Shown: one piece after another, positions 1 to 10,356 of the stretch
How the letters are laid out: every line of letters starts with the position of its first letter
How positions within the stretch are numbered: position 1 is the first letter of the stretch
Program-made: the position numbers and the translations under genes
The notes under the pieces: generated by a model
Told to the model about the DNA's origin: nothing
The model's input: the letters and a program-made list of their open reading frames with translations, nothing else
Databases searched by the model: none
Origin: Candidatus Sulfomarinibacteraceae bacterium
Lineage (GTDB): Bacteria; Acidobacteriota; Thermoanaerobaculia; Thermoanaerobaculales; Sulfomarinibacteraceae
Direction of reading: 5' to 3'
Assembly (NCBI GenBank): GCA_963796455.1
Contig: CAWCLO010000010.1
Span: 288,001 to 352,000, forward strand
DNA: 64,000 nt

Positions 1-927
<927 letters not shown>

Positions 928-1009
928 ATCCTTGAGCCTCCCTCTCTGGTTTCGGGTGTTTTGAACTCGCGAGGTGACGAGTTCGCCCTGTTATCAATCG
1001 CTCACTTTA

Positions 1010-1084
1010 TGGAGCCCACGACCAGACTTGAACTGGTGACCCCGTCCTTACCAAGGACGTGCTCTACCACTGAGCTACGTGGGC
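1010..1084 (-). tRNA. tRNA-Thr(GGT)
   Basis: Reverse complement GCCCACGTAGCTCAGTGGTAGAGCACGTCCTTGGTAAGGACG...GTTCAAGTC...GGGCTCCA; cloverleaf, anticodon GGT, encoded CCA. Confidence 0.97.
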
Positions 1085-1099
1085 ACACTGTCCCTTTTC

Positions 1100-1174
1100 T
1101 GGAGCGGGAGACGGGACTCGAACCCGCGACCAACGGCTTGGAAGGCCGAGACTCTACCACTGAGTTACTCCCGC
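1100..1174 (-). tRNA. tRNA-Gly(TCC)
   Basis: Reverse complement GCGGGAGTAACTCAGTGGTAGAGTCTCGGCCTTCCAAGCCG...GTTCGAGTCCCGTCTCCCGCTCCA. Confidence 0.97.
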
Positions 1175-1196
1175 GCTCTCGCTATCGTCATGACTA

Positions 1197-1283
1197 TGGT
1201 GCAGGCGGATGGGTTCGAACCACCGTAGGCATAATGCCGGCAGATTTACAGTCTGCTGCCTTTAACCACTCGGCCACGCCTGC
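1197..1283 (-). tRNA. tRNA-Tyr(GTA)
   Basis: Reverse complement GCAGGCGTGGCCGAGTGGTTAAAGGCAGCAGACTGTAAATCTGC..., long variable arm, CCA end. Confidence 0.97.
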
Positions 1284-1297
1284 AAAAACAGCTCTCA

Positions 1298-1372
1298 TGG
1301 AGCTGGCGATGGGAATCGAACCCGCAACCTGCTGATTACAAATCAGCTGCTCTACCATTGAGCTACGCCAGC
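1298..1372 (-). tRNA. tRNA-Thr(TGT)
   Basis: Reverse complement GCTGGCGTAGCTCAATGGTAGAGCAGCTGATTTGTAATCAGC...GTTCGATTCCCATCGCCAGCTCCA. Confidence 0.97.
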
Positions 1373-1442
1373 AGCCTTTCGACTCCCCGTTTCCCTGAAA
1401 TTGCAAAGAACACACCTCTGCCGTCGAGGCAGTGGGAACGGG

Positions 1443-1471
1443 ACGATAGCACAGGAAGTCAATGGATGCAA
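1443..1471 (-). promoter_or_regulatory. Putative sigma70 promoter of the tRNA-tuf operon
   Basis: TTGCAT-17 nt-TATCGT with a TG extended -10, about 70 nt upstream of tRNA-Thr(TGT). Confidence 0.5.
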
Positions 1472-1510
1472 GCAAATAGCTTGCCGGAATTGGGGTTTTG
1501 GCCATGGTCA

Positions 1511-1617
1511 GATGCTGGATGCTCGATGCTGGATGCTGGATCTACCCACCCACCCCGTTCGAACCGGCAATTTGAGGTCGATGAGAGTTCTACATCCAGC
1601 ATCTGGTATCCAGTATC
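1511..1617. repeat. Inverted pair of heptamer tandem repeats: (GATGCTG)x4 ... (CAGYATC)x3
   Basis: gatgctg gatgctc gatgctg gatgctg at 1511-1538; catc cagcatc tggtatc cagtatc at 1593-1617. Confidence 0.85.
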
Positions 1618-1710
1618 ACTGCTGTCTAAAACAGATTGTCACATGAAGTTACCCACCTGACAACACGTGGTTTACGGGTTGGTTTTTGGCATATCCAGTT
1701 CGCGGTTGCC

Positions 1711-1844
1711 CCGTGCCCGTGTCCGCGTCCGCGTCCGTGCCCGAATTACAGCGGCAGCGACAGTGTCCAGCGTCAGCGACAGGCAACAGCGGTCAGCGAT
1801 CAGTGTTCAGTGTTCAGTGTTCAGTGTTCAGCGGCAGCGGTCAG
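1711..1844. repeat. Hexamer and heptamer tandem repeats upstream of the four-helix-bundle gene
   Basis: (CCGYGY)x5 at 1711-1740, then CAGCGR hexamers and cagcggt cagcgat (cagtgtt)x4 cagcgg cagcggt. Confidence 0.9.
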
Positions 1845-1892
1845 GTGCCGTGACGGCGTGGCCACCTCCGGGTCGTTCAAGAGAAAGGGGTA

Positions 1893-1961
1893 GCCGGTGG
1901 GCGGCCGATGTCAAGGACAGGCAGGGTGCAGGGCATCCTTGACATCGGCCGCCACACCGGC
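1893..1961. other. Long near-perfect hairpin (about 25-bp stem)
   Basis: gccggtgggcggccgatgtcaagga (1893-1917) pairs with tccttgacatcggccgccacaccggc (1936-1961) with one bulge. Confidence 0.85.
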
Positions 1962-1996
1962 TTGTGGGAACGGGCATGAACGACCCGGAGGTGACC

Positions 1997-2350
1997 ATGT
2001 CCAACGCCGCCACGAACACCAACCTCATTGCCCACTCGAAAGCCCTCGAAGCTGCAGGCATCGCGATCAAACTCGTGATGAGAGTTCCAGCTCCGCTGAA
2101 GTCCATAGCCGATCAGGTGATCCGGTCGGCAAGTTCAGTCCCTGCGAATCTGGCAGAAGGGCACGGCCGAGTCGGTAGAGACCGGTCGTACCATTGGAGA
2201 ATCGCTTACGCCTCGGCAAAAGAGGTCGATAGCCACTTCAAGCTCCTCGCCCACACCGGGGCGATCAACCGGTATGGAGCCAGTGACGCAATGAACGCCT
2301 TCGATCAGGTTCGTGCCATGACCTGGCGGCTGTTGAACCCGACGAATTGA
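1997..2350 (+). CDS. Four-helix-bundle protein (23S rRNA intervening-sequence protein / Avd-like family)
   Basis: Motif DQVIRSASSVPANLAEGHGR...WRIAYASAKEVDSH typical of the family; GGAGGT RBS before ATG 1997. Confidence 0.9.
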   Translation: MSNAATNTNLIAHSKALEAAGIAIKLVMRVPAPLKSIADQVIRSASSVPANLAEGHGRVGRDRSYHWRIAYASAKEVDSHFKLLAHTGAINRYGASDAMNAFDQVRAMTWRLLNPTN

Positions 2351-2352
2351 GT

Positions 2353-2405
2353 GCTGATAGCTGAACGCTGACCCTGGCAACCGTTCGCTGTCGCTGTCCG
2401 CCGCT
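2353..2405. repeat. Downstream repeat arm, reverse complement of the upstream CAGCG/CAGTG arrays
   Basis: gctgatagctgaacgctgacc...ttcgctgtcgctgtccgccgct; reverse complement gives cagcga cagcga ... ggtcagcgttcagctatcagc. Confidence 0.7.
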
Positions 2406-2474
2406 CCCCGTCCCTGTCCCCGGTCGCTACCTGAGACTTTGTCCTGGACAAGAGTGATCCGGCATCTCTATCCC

Positions 2475-3203
2475 TCAGCCGATCTGGGACTTACACAGCT
2501 CCCAGAGAAGTATGCCCGCTGAGACAGAGAGATTGAGCGACTCGACACCCTCAGCCATCGGAATCGAGATGAATTCGTCGACCTGTGATCGGGTCTTTGC
2601 CCGAAGCCCCGCCGCCTCGGCCCCGACAACGAGAATCCAACGCTCGGTTCCTTTGACCGAGTGCAGGGACGGGCCGTCGGCGTCGGCGCCAAAGGCCCAG
2701 TATCCATGGGGTCGCAGCGTCGCCAGGACGTCCGCGGCAACCCGTTCGCGGATCAGTGGGACCCTGCCGACAAGACCGGCGGCGGCCTTGAAGACAACCC
2801 CGCCGAGCGGTGGCGCCGAGGGGCCGGCAATGACCAGACCATCGATATCGAAGGCAGCGGCGGTGCGGATGACCGCCCCGAGGTTTTGCGGATCGTTGAT
2901 ATCGTCGACCATCAGCAACCGGCCTGTCTCGGTTTTCGGTCGGATCACGTCCTGCAGAGGGGTGAAACCGATCGGCGCCGTGCGGACCGCAAAACCGTTG
3001 TGGGCCGCACCATCAGCGACACCCTCGATCCTCGCGCGGGGGACCATGTCATAACGCAGGCCGCGACGGTGGGTCGCGGTGCTGATCGAACGCATGCGCT
3101 GGTCATGTCGGTCCTTTTGAATCCAGACAGCATCAACAGGTTGCTCGCTCTCGAGCACGGCAAGAACCGCGTGGAATCCTACGACCCAGAGTGTCTCAGC
3201 CAC
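2475..3203 (-). CDS. rlmB: 23S rRNA 2'-O-methyltransferase, TrmH/SpoU family
   Basis: GFHAV N-terminal substrate-binding domain; DPQNLGAVIRTA, VGAE..GL and IPM...VESLNLSVSAGI SPOUT motifs. Confidence 0.9.
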   Translation of the reverse strand: MAETLWVVGFHAVLAVLESEQPVDAVWIQKDRHDQRMRSISTATHRRGLRYDMVPRARIEGVADGAAHNGFAVRTAPIGFTPLQDVIRPKTETGRLLMVDDINDPQNLGAVIRTAAAFDIDGLVIAGPSAPPLGGVVFKAAAGLVGRVPLIRERVAADVLATLRPHGYWAFGADADGPSLHSVKGTERWILVVGAEAAGLRAKTRSQVDEFISIPMAEGVESLNLSVSAGILLWELCKSQIG

Positions 3204-3687
3204 TTTCGGCCCCCTTTTGAATCAGAACCACGGCCATGGCCGCAAGCCCCTCGTTGCGACCGGTGAATCCAAGTCCCTCGGTTGTGGTGGCCTTGACCGA
3301 TACCGCCGTCTTGTCGACGGCGAGCAACCCGGCCAGCGAAGCACGCATTTGCGGGCGGTGCGGGGCAATCCGCGGCCGTTCGCAGATCAGCGTGAGATCG
3401 CAGTTGCCGACAACGAAACCTTCACGATGCACCAGGTCCAGGGCCTTTCGGAGAATGACCGCCGAATCAACGCCGTACCATTTCGGATCGGTGTCCGGAA
3501 AATGATCGCCAAGATCACCAAGAGCCGCCGCGCCGAGCAGCGCATCGGAAACTGCGTGCAATGCGACGTCCGCATCCGAGTGACCCTCGAGGCCACGTTC
3601 GTTTTCGATCACGCACCCACACAGGGTGAGCGGTCCCGCGGCACCAAACCGGTGGACATCAAAGCCCTGGCCGATGCGAACAACCAT
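3196..3687 (-). CDS. ispF: 2-C-methyl-D-erythritol 2,4-cyclodiphosphate synthase
   Basis: RIGQGFDVHRF, GHSDADVALHAVSDALLGA, KATTTEGLGF; ATG overlaps the ispD stop. Confidence 0.97.
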   Translation of the reverse strand: MVVRIGQGFDVHRFGAAGPLTLCGCVIENERGLEGHSDADVALHAVSDALLGAAALGDLGDHFPDTDPKWYGVDSAVILRKALDLVHREGFVVGNCDLTLICERPRIAPHRPQMRASLAGLLAVDKTAVSVKATTTEGLGFTGRNEGLAAMAVVLIQKGAESG

Positions 3688-4361
3688 CACGAGAGTGTTC
3701 CCTTGAGGGCGCGCAAAAATTGGAGATCGGTTGTCCCTGTCAATTTCGGATTGGGAAACTGCGCGACGACACTTCGAACCGGGATGCCAACCAATTCCAG
3801 GAGCATCGATTCGTCGGTCCACACCTGGTCTTCTGCAACCTGCCCCCAGGCTCGCTCGAGCGCTTCGACTTTGAAAACCTGCGGTGTGAGAGCGAGGCGG
3901 AGATCGTCGCGAGAAACCGTGTCGACAATCATCCCGTCGTTGTCGATGTGCTTGACGGTATCGATAACCGGGGCTGAGAGAATCGCAGCCGGGGCGTCAC
4001 CGATGGCCCACACAACGCCTTTGACATCCTGCGGATCCACCAGCGGTCGTGCGGCGTCGTGAATTGCAACGACCTCAGCACCCAGGGCGGCCGCCGAGCG
4101 AACTCCATTTTGGACCGAGTCCTGCCGCCGGGGACCACCCGCCACAACCTGGCATTCGGAATAGTTCTCAGCCAATCGCTCGATCCAATTTTCTTTTCTT
4201 TCCGGCGGCACCACCACCACCAACGGCGCTTTTGGAAACGCCCGCCGGAGGGCCTCGAGTGAGGTTTCGAGCACGGTCCTCGACCCCAGCTTCTCTGCCA
4301 ACTTGTCGCCGCCGAATCGCGCCCCACGTCCCGCCGCAACAACTACCATCGCCAGATTCAC
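3687..4361 (-). CDS. ispD: 2-C-methyl-D-erythritol 4-phosphate cytidylyltransferase
   Basis: VAAGRGARFGGDK, GGPRRQDSV, IHDAARP, TPQVF; GTG start with AAGGAG RBS. Confidence 0.95.
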   Translation of the reverse strand: MNLAMVVVAAGRGARFGGDKLAEKLGSRTVLETSLEALRRAFPKAPLVVVVPPERKENWIERLAENYSECQVVAGGPRRQDSVQNGVRSAAALGAEVVAIHDAARPLVDPQDVKGVVWAIGDAPAAILSAPVIDTVKHIDNDGMIVDTVSRDDLRLALTPQVFKVEALERAWGQVAEDQVWTDESMLLELVGIPVRSVVAQFPNPKLTGTTDLQFLRALKGTLS

Positions 4362-4417
4362 AGTGACTCCTTCGTGTGGTCGATTCAGTTTACCGAGTGC
4401 GCCAAATAGGTTCTCGA

Positions 4418-5365
4418 TCAGGGGGTCTCTGCCAGACCGCGGATCAGCCCGGCCAGAAGGGACCAGCGTTCTTCGGCGGTGAGATCGCCATGGGCGCCAA
4501 TCACGAAACGACCCGTGGCGACCGCGGTCCCTTGACCAAGCGCTGGGTCCGAGTACTCGAAACCGGCACTGCCGACTGGTGGTTTGCCATCGCCGATCTC
4601 GCCCCACCGGGCCTGGTGGTTCTGTAATTGTTGCAGCGCCCCGGTGGCGGCGGCACCAGATCCGAGGTCACTGAAGAATACCTGCCCCTCGCGTTCCCCC
4701 GCCCGGTAGACTGCAATGACACCTCCCGGCAGAAAAGAGTGCCCCAGCAGATCCCTGGCGAGATAACGCGGACTCTGCACGACCAATCCATCGCGTGGCA
4801 AGACCGCCAGGATCGACGGCTGATCGGTCGTACCGGGAATCTTCCGACTGACCTCCGAAATCAGCCAATCCACAGCCTCGATCAAGGCAGTGTCTTCCTG
4901 ATCGGCCTCGACGTGGACAAAGACCCGCCCCTTCCAGAAGGCCCCTACGATATCTGAGCGATAACTCTCGGCGCCCCGCGCAGCCGTCACAGCCCCGGGC
5001 GGCCGCATCGATGAGAAGAGGCCGAAAGCACCGAGATCCGAGCCCATATCAAAAATGTCGAGCGTGACACCCGAGTCCGGATCATCTCGCATCTGGTAGC
5101 GGGCGTGGACCAATTCCTGAAATCCGTAACTTTCATAAAGGGGGGCACCGCCGTTGAGGTACTCCCACAGTGTCCCGGGTCGGTATCCGACCGGTTTTTC
5201 CGCCAGCTCCCAGCCATCGAGTTGCGCCGGATCCGGCAACAGATCGATGAGTTGGTCCGTCGCTTCTGAGGGCCCGGGGTCTGCTGCACAGGCGCACAAC
5301 ACCAGGATCACGAGAAGATGGAGGACTCGGCACGCCGGGAAAATGGATCGATTCATGTCGCGCAT
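4418..5365 (-). CDS. Putative lipoprotein, DUF6599-like
   Basis: Signal peptide with lipobox-like LCAC; LWEYLNGGAPLYESYGF and IFDMGS...AFGLFS motifs; GAGGAGG RBS. Confidence 0.7.
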   Translation of the reverse strand: MRDMNRSIFPACRVLHLLVILVLCACAADPGPSEATDQLIDLLPDPAQLDGWELAEKPVGYRPGTLWEYLNGGAPLYESYGFQELVHARYQMRDDPDSGVTLDIFDMGSDLGAFGLFSSMRPPGAVTAARGAESYRSDIVGAFWKGRVFVHVEADQEDTALIEAVDWLISEVSRKIPGTTDQPSILAVLPRDGLVVQSPRYLARDLLGHSFLPGGVIAVYRAGEREGQVFFSDLGSGAAATGALQQLQNHQARWGEIGDGKPPVGSAGFEYSDPALGQGTAVATGRFVIGAHGDLTAEERWSLLAGLIRGLAETP

Positions 5366-5416
5366 CACGCCTCCTCTCAGGTCGCAATTATCCACCAAGC
5401 ACGGACTGAGGATCGG

Positions 5417-5445
5417 AAAAAAACGCCCGCCGGATCGGCGGGCGT
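5417..5445 (-). terminator. Rho-independent terminator after frr
   Basis: acgcccgccg-atc-cggcgggcgt followed by a T run on the minus strand. Confidence 0.85.
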
Positions 5446-5470
5446 CTGAAATATCTCACCACCCGAAAGA

Positions 5471-6025
5471 TCAGATTTCCATGATCTCTTCCTCTTTTTT
5501 CTTGAGGATGGAGTTGACCTTTTCGACATAGGTGTTGGTCAGATTCTGGATCTTCTCCTGACCATCGTGCATCTGGTCCTCTGAAATCTCCTTGGCTTTT
5601 TCCATGGCCTTGATCTGATCGTTGCCGTCACGCCGGATCTGACGCAAGGTGTTGCGCGATCCTTCGGCGACATTCTGCGCGACCTTGGCCAGCTCTTTGC
5701 GACGGTCTTCAGTCAGCGCCGGGATGTTGAGACGCACCACCTTGCCGTCGCTGTTGGGCGTCAGACCGAGATTCGACTTGAGCAGGGCCTTTTCGATGTC
5801 GGCCAAAACCTTTGGTTCCCACGGCGCAATCGTTATGGTGGACGGATCGGGCAGCGAGAGCGATGCAACCTGATTGAGCGGTGTCTGCGATCCATAGTAG
5901 TCGACGGTGATGCCATCAACCACTGCAAGGGAAGCACGCCCGGTTCGAAGCTTGGCGAGCTCACCCTGAAAAGCCTCGACAGCATTGACCATCCGGCGTT
6001 CAATTTCTACAAAGATCTCGTTCAT
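5471..6025 (-). CDS. frr: Ribosome recycling factor
   Basis: LRTGRAS, VDYYGSQTPLNQVAS, IPALTEDRRKEL. Confidence 0.98.
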   Translation of the reverse strand: MNEIFVEIERRMVNAVEAFQGELAKLRTGRASLAVVDGITVDYYGSQTPLNQVASLSLPDPSTITIAPWEPKVLADIEKALLKSNLGLTPNSDGKVVRLNIPALTEDRRKELAKVAQNVAEGSRNTLRQIRRDGNDQIKAMEKAKEISEDQMHDGQEKIQNLTNTYVEKVNSILKKKEEEIMEI

Positions 6026-6756
6026 GCGACCTCCTCAGGGCCAACCCACGATCCAACGTCCTGGCCCATCACAACCTGCTTCATGATACCCGGGGTTCGA
6101 ATGTTGAATATCTGTATCGGTATCTCGTTCTCCATGCACAGCGAAATGGCCGCCGCGTCCATCACCCTCAAGCCCCGTTTCAGCACCTCTTGATAGCTGA
6201 GGCGGGGAATCAACTCGGCGGTCCGATCGGCCACCGGATCGCTTGTGTAGACACCATCGACCTTCGTGGCCTTCATCAGCACTTCGGCGTCGATTTCGTT
6301 GGCGCGCAGGGCGGCCGCCGAATCGGTGGTGAAAAAGGGGTTGCCGGTGCCTCCGGCAAAGAGGACGACTCTCCCTTTTTCCATATGGCGGATCGCCCTT
6401 CGTCTGATAAAGGGCTCTGCGACTTCGTTCATCTCGATCGCCGTTTGCACACGGGTCGGAATCTCGAGTTGTTCGATCGCCGACGAGAGGGCGAGGGCAT
6501 TGATCACCGTCGCCAACATCCCCATCGAGTCACCGGTGATGCGATCGATGCCCTGTTCGTGAGCAGAGACACCGCGGATGATGTTGCCGCCGCCGACCAC
6601 CACCGCAATCTGGGTGCCGAGGGCATGAACATCGGCGAGCTCGGCAGCGATCGTACGCACCACCGCAGGTTCGATCCCAAAAGACTGAGATCCCATCAAG
6701 GCCTCGCCCGAGAGCTTGACCATGATTCGGTGGTAGCGCGGCTGTGCCGGCTTCAT
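6022..6756 (-). CDS. pyrH: UMP kinase
   Basis: KLSGEAL, VVGGGNIIRG, GTGNPFFTTDSAAALRA. Confidence 0.98.
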   Translation of the reverse strand: MKPAQPRYHRIMVKLSGEALMGSQSFGIEPAVVRTIAAELADVHALGTQIAVVVGGGNIIRGVSAHEQGIDRITGDSMGMLATVINALALSSAIEQLEIPTRVQTAIEMNEVAEPFIRRRAIRHMEKGRVVLFAGGTGNPFFTTDSAAALRANEIDAEVLMKATKVDGVYTSDPVADRTAELIPRLSYQEVLKRGLRVMDAAAISLCMENEIPIQIFNIRTPGIMKQVVMGQDVGSWVGPEEVA

Positions 6757-6758
6757 AC

Positions 6759-7610
6759 CTATTCCTGGCTCCCCTCACCGAGTTTGTAACGAACAAACCG
6801 TACCACGGTCGCGTCAGCGCCCGAGCTATCCTTGAGGAACTGCTGCACCGACTTGTCGGGGTCCTTGGCAAAGGGCTGCTCGAGCAACACTTCCTGGACG
6901 AAGAACTTCTCCATCTTGCCCGCGACGATCTTTTTTGCGATCTCTTCCGGCTTGCCCGATTCGATCGCCTGGTTGAGCGCAATCTGACGCTCGTTGGCGA
7001 GCAGGTCCTCGGTCACCTGATCACGGTTGACAAAGCGGCTTTCGGTCGCGGCAATATGCAAGGCGACATCGTGCAGAGCTTCCTCCGTGGCGCCTCCGGA
7101 GCCCTCCACAACCACGCCGATCTTGCCGCCCATGTGGATGTAGGACGCGAGGGAATTGCCTTCGGCGGCCGCAACAACCGTCCCCTGTTTGGGAACGATG
7201 TTTTCGCCGATCACGGCAACCTTGAGCGAAACCGCCTCCTCGACGGTGTGCTCCGGATCGGCGGCAAAAGGCTGAGCCTTCAACTCATCCACGGAATGTG
7301 CATCGGTCGCGAGAATCTGTTCGACCAGTTCCTGACCGAAGCCCCGAAAATCCTCGAGCTTCGAAACCGGCTCGGTCTCACAGTTGAGCTCGAGGATCGC
7401 CATTTTCTTGTCGTCACCAACGACCGTGACCATGCCTTCGTTCGCAGCTCGACCCGCCTTCTTGGCGGCTGCTGCGAGGCCCTTTGTCCGCAGATAGGTG
7501 ATCGCCTCTTCGAGGTTTCCATCGGTCTCGACGAGCGCCTTTTTGCAGTCCATCATGCCTGCGCCGGTACGATCTCTGAGCTCCTTGACTGCCTGTGCTG
7601 TGATTGCCAT
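6759..7610 (-). CDS. tsf: Elongation factor Ts
   Basis: MAITAQAVKELRDRTGAGMMDCKKAL, ELNCETE, FVRYKLGE. Confidence 0.98.
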   Translation of the reverse strand: MAITAQAVKELRDRTGAGMMDCKKALVETDGNLEEAITYLRTKGLAAAAKKAGRAANEGMVTVVGDDKKMAILELNCETEPVSKLEDFRGFGQELVEQILATDAHSVDELKAQPFAADPEHTVEEAVSLKVAVIGENIVPKQGTVVAAAEGNSLASYIHMGGKIGVVVEGSGGATEEALHDVALHIAATESRFVNRDQVTEDLLANERQIALNQAIESGKPEEIAKKIVAGKMEKFFVQEVLLEQPFAKDPDKSVQQFLKDSSGADATVVRFVRYKLGEGSQE

Positions 7611-7708
7611 TCTTTCCACCTCTTCGGCCCGGTGACTGTCCCAGGCTCTAAAATATGAGGCCAGGTGCACTGTTGCTCCTGGCCCCTAAAAATCATCACT
7701 GGTGCGAC

Positions 7709-8695
7709 TCAGTCCTTGGCCGGGGCAACCTCTTTGGTTTCGTCGGTGACGTCAGCCTTTTCGGCAGGTGCCTCGACAACCTCTTCAGCTGCCTCTTCCG
7801 CCTTGGCGACCGGCGCCTCTTCGACAGCAGCCGGCTCTTCAGCCTCGACCGCAGTCACGGTCTCCACGGGAGCAGCCTCTTCAGCAGGCGCTGCTTCTTC
7901 CGTCGGCGCCTCGTCCACCGCAGGTGCGGCGTCTTCGGCAACTCCAGTCGCAGCCTCGTCGTCGGACGGTGCAGTCGCGATGTCCTTCTCTTCGTCGCCC
8001 ACGAAACGTTCATCCGCCAGGTTGAGGCCCTCGAGGATATTGTCGGCGATTCGTGACGTGAACAGGCGAATGGCCCGAATCGCGTCGTCGTTGCCGGGGA
8101 TCGGGAAGTCGACTTCTTCGGGGTCCGAGTTGGTATCGACCACAGCAACCACCGGGATTCCGAGACGATTGGCCTCCTTGATGGCAATGTGCTCGTGCAC
8201 CGTATCGACCACGAAGAGTGCATCAGGGAGATCTTCCATGTCCCTGATACCGCCAAAGGCGCGATCCATCTTGCGCCGCTGGCGCTCGAGCTGGATCCGC
8301 TCTTTCTTGGTCAGGTGGGACTCCTCGTTGCCGAGGACTCCTTCGATCTCTTTGAATCGCACGATCGATTTCCGGATTGTCCGGAAATTGGTCATGGTGC
8401 CGCCAAGCCAGCGGTGGTTCATATAGAACATCCCGCAGCGCTCGGCCTCCTCGCGGATCGCGTCCTGCGCCTGGCGCTTGGTGCCCACAAAGAGCACGTT
8501 GCGGCCGTTGGCGGCGAGATCGCGAATAAACTCGGCAGCATCTTCGAAGTGATGGAGTGTCTTCTGAAGATCGACAATGTGAATGCCATTGCGCTTGCCA
8601 AAGATGAACGGTTTCATCTTCGGGTTCCAGCGCTGCGTTTGATGCCCGAAGTGAACTCCGGCTTCGAGCAACTCCTTCATCTGGATGTTCGCCAC
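7709..8695 (-). CDS. rpsB: 30S ribosomal protein S2 with long acidic C-terminal tail
   Basis: [38 protein letters not shown]. Confidence 0.98.
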   Translation of the reverse strand: MANIQMKELLEAGVHFGHQTQRWNPKMKPFIFGKRNGIHIVDLQKTLHHFEDAAEFIRDLAANGRNVLFVGTKRQAQDAIREEAERCGMFYMNHRWLGGTMTNFRTIRKSIVRFKEIEGVLGNEESHLTKKERIQLERQRRKMDRAFGGIRDMEDLPDALFVVDTVHEHIAIKEANRLGIPVVAVVDTNSDPEEVDFPIPGNDDAIRAIRLFTSRIADNILEGLNLADERFVGDEEKDIATAPSDDEAATGVAEDAAPAVDEAPTEEAAPAEEAAPVETVTAVEAEEPAAVEEAPVAKAEEAAEEVVEAPAEKADVTDETKEVAPAKD

Positions 8696-8706
8696 GAATC
8701 TCTCCC

Positions 8707-9099
8707 TTATCTCTTGGAGAACTGGAAGCGTTTGCGGGCCTTCGGTTGGCCGTACTTCTTCCGCTCCACCTTTCGTGCATCACGGGTCAGGAAGCCCGCT
8801 GATTTCAACCTCGGACGGAGCTCGGCGTTGTACTCGAGCAGAGCGCGGGAGATACCGTGTCGGATCGCCCCGGCTTGACCGTTGGGTCCGCCGCCGTCAA
8901 CATTCACCAGGATGTCGAATTTATCGGCGGTCTCGGTCAGCAACAAGGGCTGCCTGATCACCATCTTCAACACCCGGTTCGGGAAGTAGTCGTCAAAATC
9001 GCGTCGATTGACTTTGATACTGCCGCTTCCCGGCCGCAAATACACTCGGGCCACCGCTGTTTTGCGCCGCCCGGTGCCGTAATACTGAATCTCTGACAC
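8707..9099 (-). CDS. rpsI: 30S ribosomal protein S9
   Basis: [38 protein letters not shown]. Confidence 0.99.
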   Translation of the reverse strand: MSEIQYYGTGRRKTAVARVYLRPGSGSIKVNRRDFDDYFPNRVLKMVIRQPLLLTETADKFDILVNVDGGGPNGQAGAIRHGISRALLEYNAELRPRLKSAGFLTRDARKVERKKYGQPKARKRFQFSKR

Positions 9100-9116
9100 G
9101 AACTCCCCCTCTCACA

Positions 9117-9545
9117 TCACACAGCGTGAATCTTGGGTTGCTGCGCTTCGTGCGGATGCTCAGGACCTGCATAGATCTTGAGCTTCCGAAGCAGCTTGCG
9201 ACCAAGACGGTTCTTGGGCAACATGCCCCACACTGCGGCCTGGATCACCCGTTCGGGATACTTGTCGAGACGCACGCGCGCCGTTTCCGACTTCAGCGAT
9301 CCCGGGCGACCGGAGTGCCGATAGTAGACCTTGTCGTCCATCTTGGCTCCAGTCAACCGCACCTTCTCGGCATTGACGACAACGACGAAGTCGCCGGTGT
9401 CGAGGTACGGGGTGAAATCCGGCTTGTGTTTTCCGCGCAAGAGACGCGCCACTTCAGTGGCGAACCGGCCGAGCACCTGGTCGGCGGCGTCCATCACCAC
9501 CCACTCGCGCGTGATCTCACTTTCTTTCGGTACATAGCTTCCCAT
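9117..9545 (-). CDS. rplM: 50S ribosomal protein L13
   Basis: [44 protein letters not shown]. Confidence 0.98.
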   Translation of the reverse strand: MGSYVPKESEITREWVVMDAADQVLGRFATEVARLLRGKHKPDFTPYLDTGDFVVVVNAEKVRLTGAKMDDKVYYRHSGRPGSLKSETARVRLDKYPERVIQAAVWGMLPKNRLGRKLLRKLKIYAGPEHPHEAQQPKIHAV

Positions 9546-9595
9546 GATCGATTCCTTACGTAGTTCGCACGACCCTGCGGGCACAGGGGAACAAG

Positions 9596-9624
9596 ACTCT
9601 ACCCAAGCAAATCCCGGCTGTCAA
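9596..9624 (-). promoter_or_regulatory. sigma70 promoter of the rplM operon
   Basis: TTGACA-17 nt-TAGAGT upstream of rplM. Confidence 0.75.
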
Positions 9625-9704
9625 GGCGTTTCCCAGCCAAATTCGCCCCCTCTTCCCGCGCCCGTCTTCGTTTCCGTTTCAGTGCCCGACGAATGGACCT
9701 GAGT

Positions 9705-10268
9705 TCAGACTCCCGATGTCTCTTCTTGGTGGGCCCGTCGTCTTGGCTGGACATCCGAATCAACGCTCGCCGGAAGGGCCCTCGGGCCGCGAGCCGGCAG
9801 CTCCTCGAGGTTGCCCGGACCAAACCACAAGGACAAGCTTCGTGAGGTCCCCTGAACCGTCAGGATCCGCAAATGAAGTTCGTTCGAAAGCCAGCGCCGA
9901 AGATCGACCACCACGATGCCTTGTCCTTTGAAAACTTTGACACGCGGGTTGTCGAGGGCGAGAAACCCGAGTTCCACGGCCTTTCTGGGAACCGGAAAAC
10001 CGCCGACGGCCCGCACTCTGCGCATTCGAAACCCGAGGTGGCGATGGCGCATCCGAATCTCGGCGAGATCGAGGCTGACTCGGGCGGGTATGCCTTTCCA
10101 CCTGACGGTGAGCTCGGCGGCGAGCGCGTCCCCTTTGCCGGTCAAACGGAGATCGCGAAGCCGCTCGCTGGCGGCGAGGGCGTCGTTGAGATGTCGCTCC
10201 ACCCGGGCCAGGTCGAGTACCACGTGGAGTCCGTCCCAACGCGCGAGAGGAGTCGCAAGATCGTTCAC
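9705..10268 (-). CDS. Hypothetical protein
   Basis: 187-aa ORF filling the gap; TATACT lies 6 nt upstream of the GTG; no family recognised. Confidence 0.65.
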   Translation of the reverse strand: MNDLATPLARWDGLHVVLDLARVERHLNDALAASERLRDLRLTGKGDALAAELTVRWKGIPARVSLDLAEIRMRHRHLGFRMRRVRAVGGFPVPRKAVELGFLALDNPRVKVFKGQGIVVVDLRRWLSNELHLRILTVQGTSRSLSLWFGPGNLEELPARGPRALPASVDSDVQPRRRAHQEETSGV

Positions 10269-10297
10269 CGGGACAGTATATGCGAGCCGTGTGTTAC

Positions 10298-10330
10298 GAA
10301 TTCGGAGTTCGGAATTCGGAGTTCGGAATT
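10298..10330. repeat. Heptamer tandem repeat (TTCGGAR)x4
   Basis: ttcggag ttcggaa ttcggag ttcggaa at 10301-10328. Confidence 0.9.
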
Positions 10331-10356
10331 GCCACTCACCCGCCCTCGTCTCACCG

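Noticed and set aside
1511..1844. Repeat arrays as a CRISPR array
   Set aside because: Units are 6-9 nt tandem repeats without unique spacers, and no cas genes are present.
1997..2350. Diversity-generating retroelement (Avd-like gene)
   Set aside because: No reverse transcriptase and no TR/VR pair differing at adenines were seen in the window.
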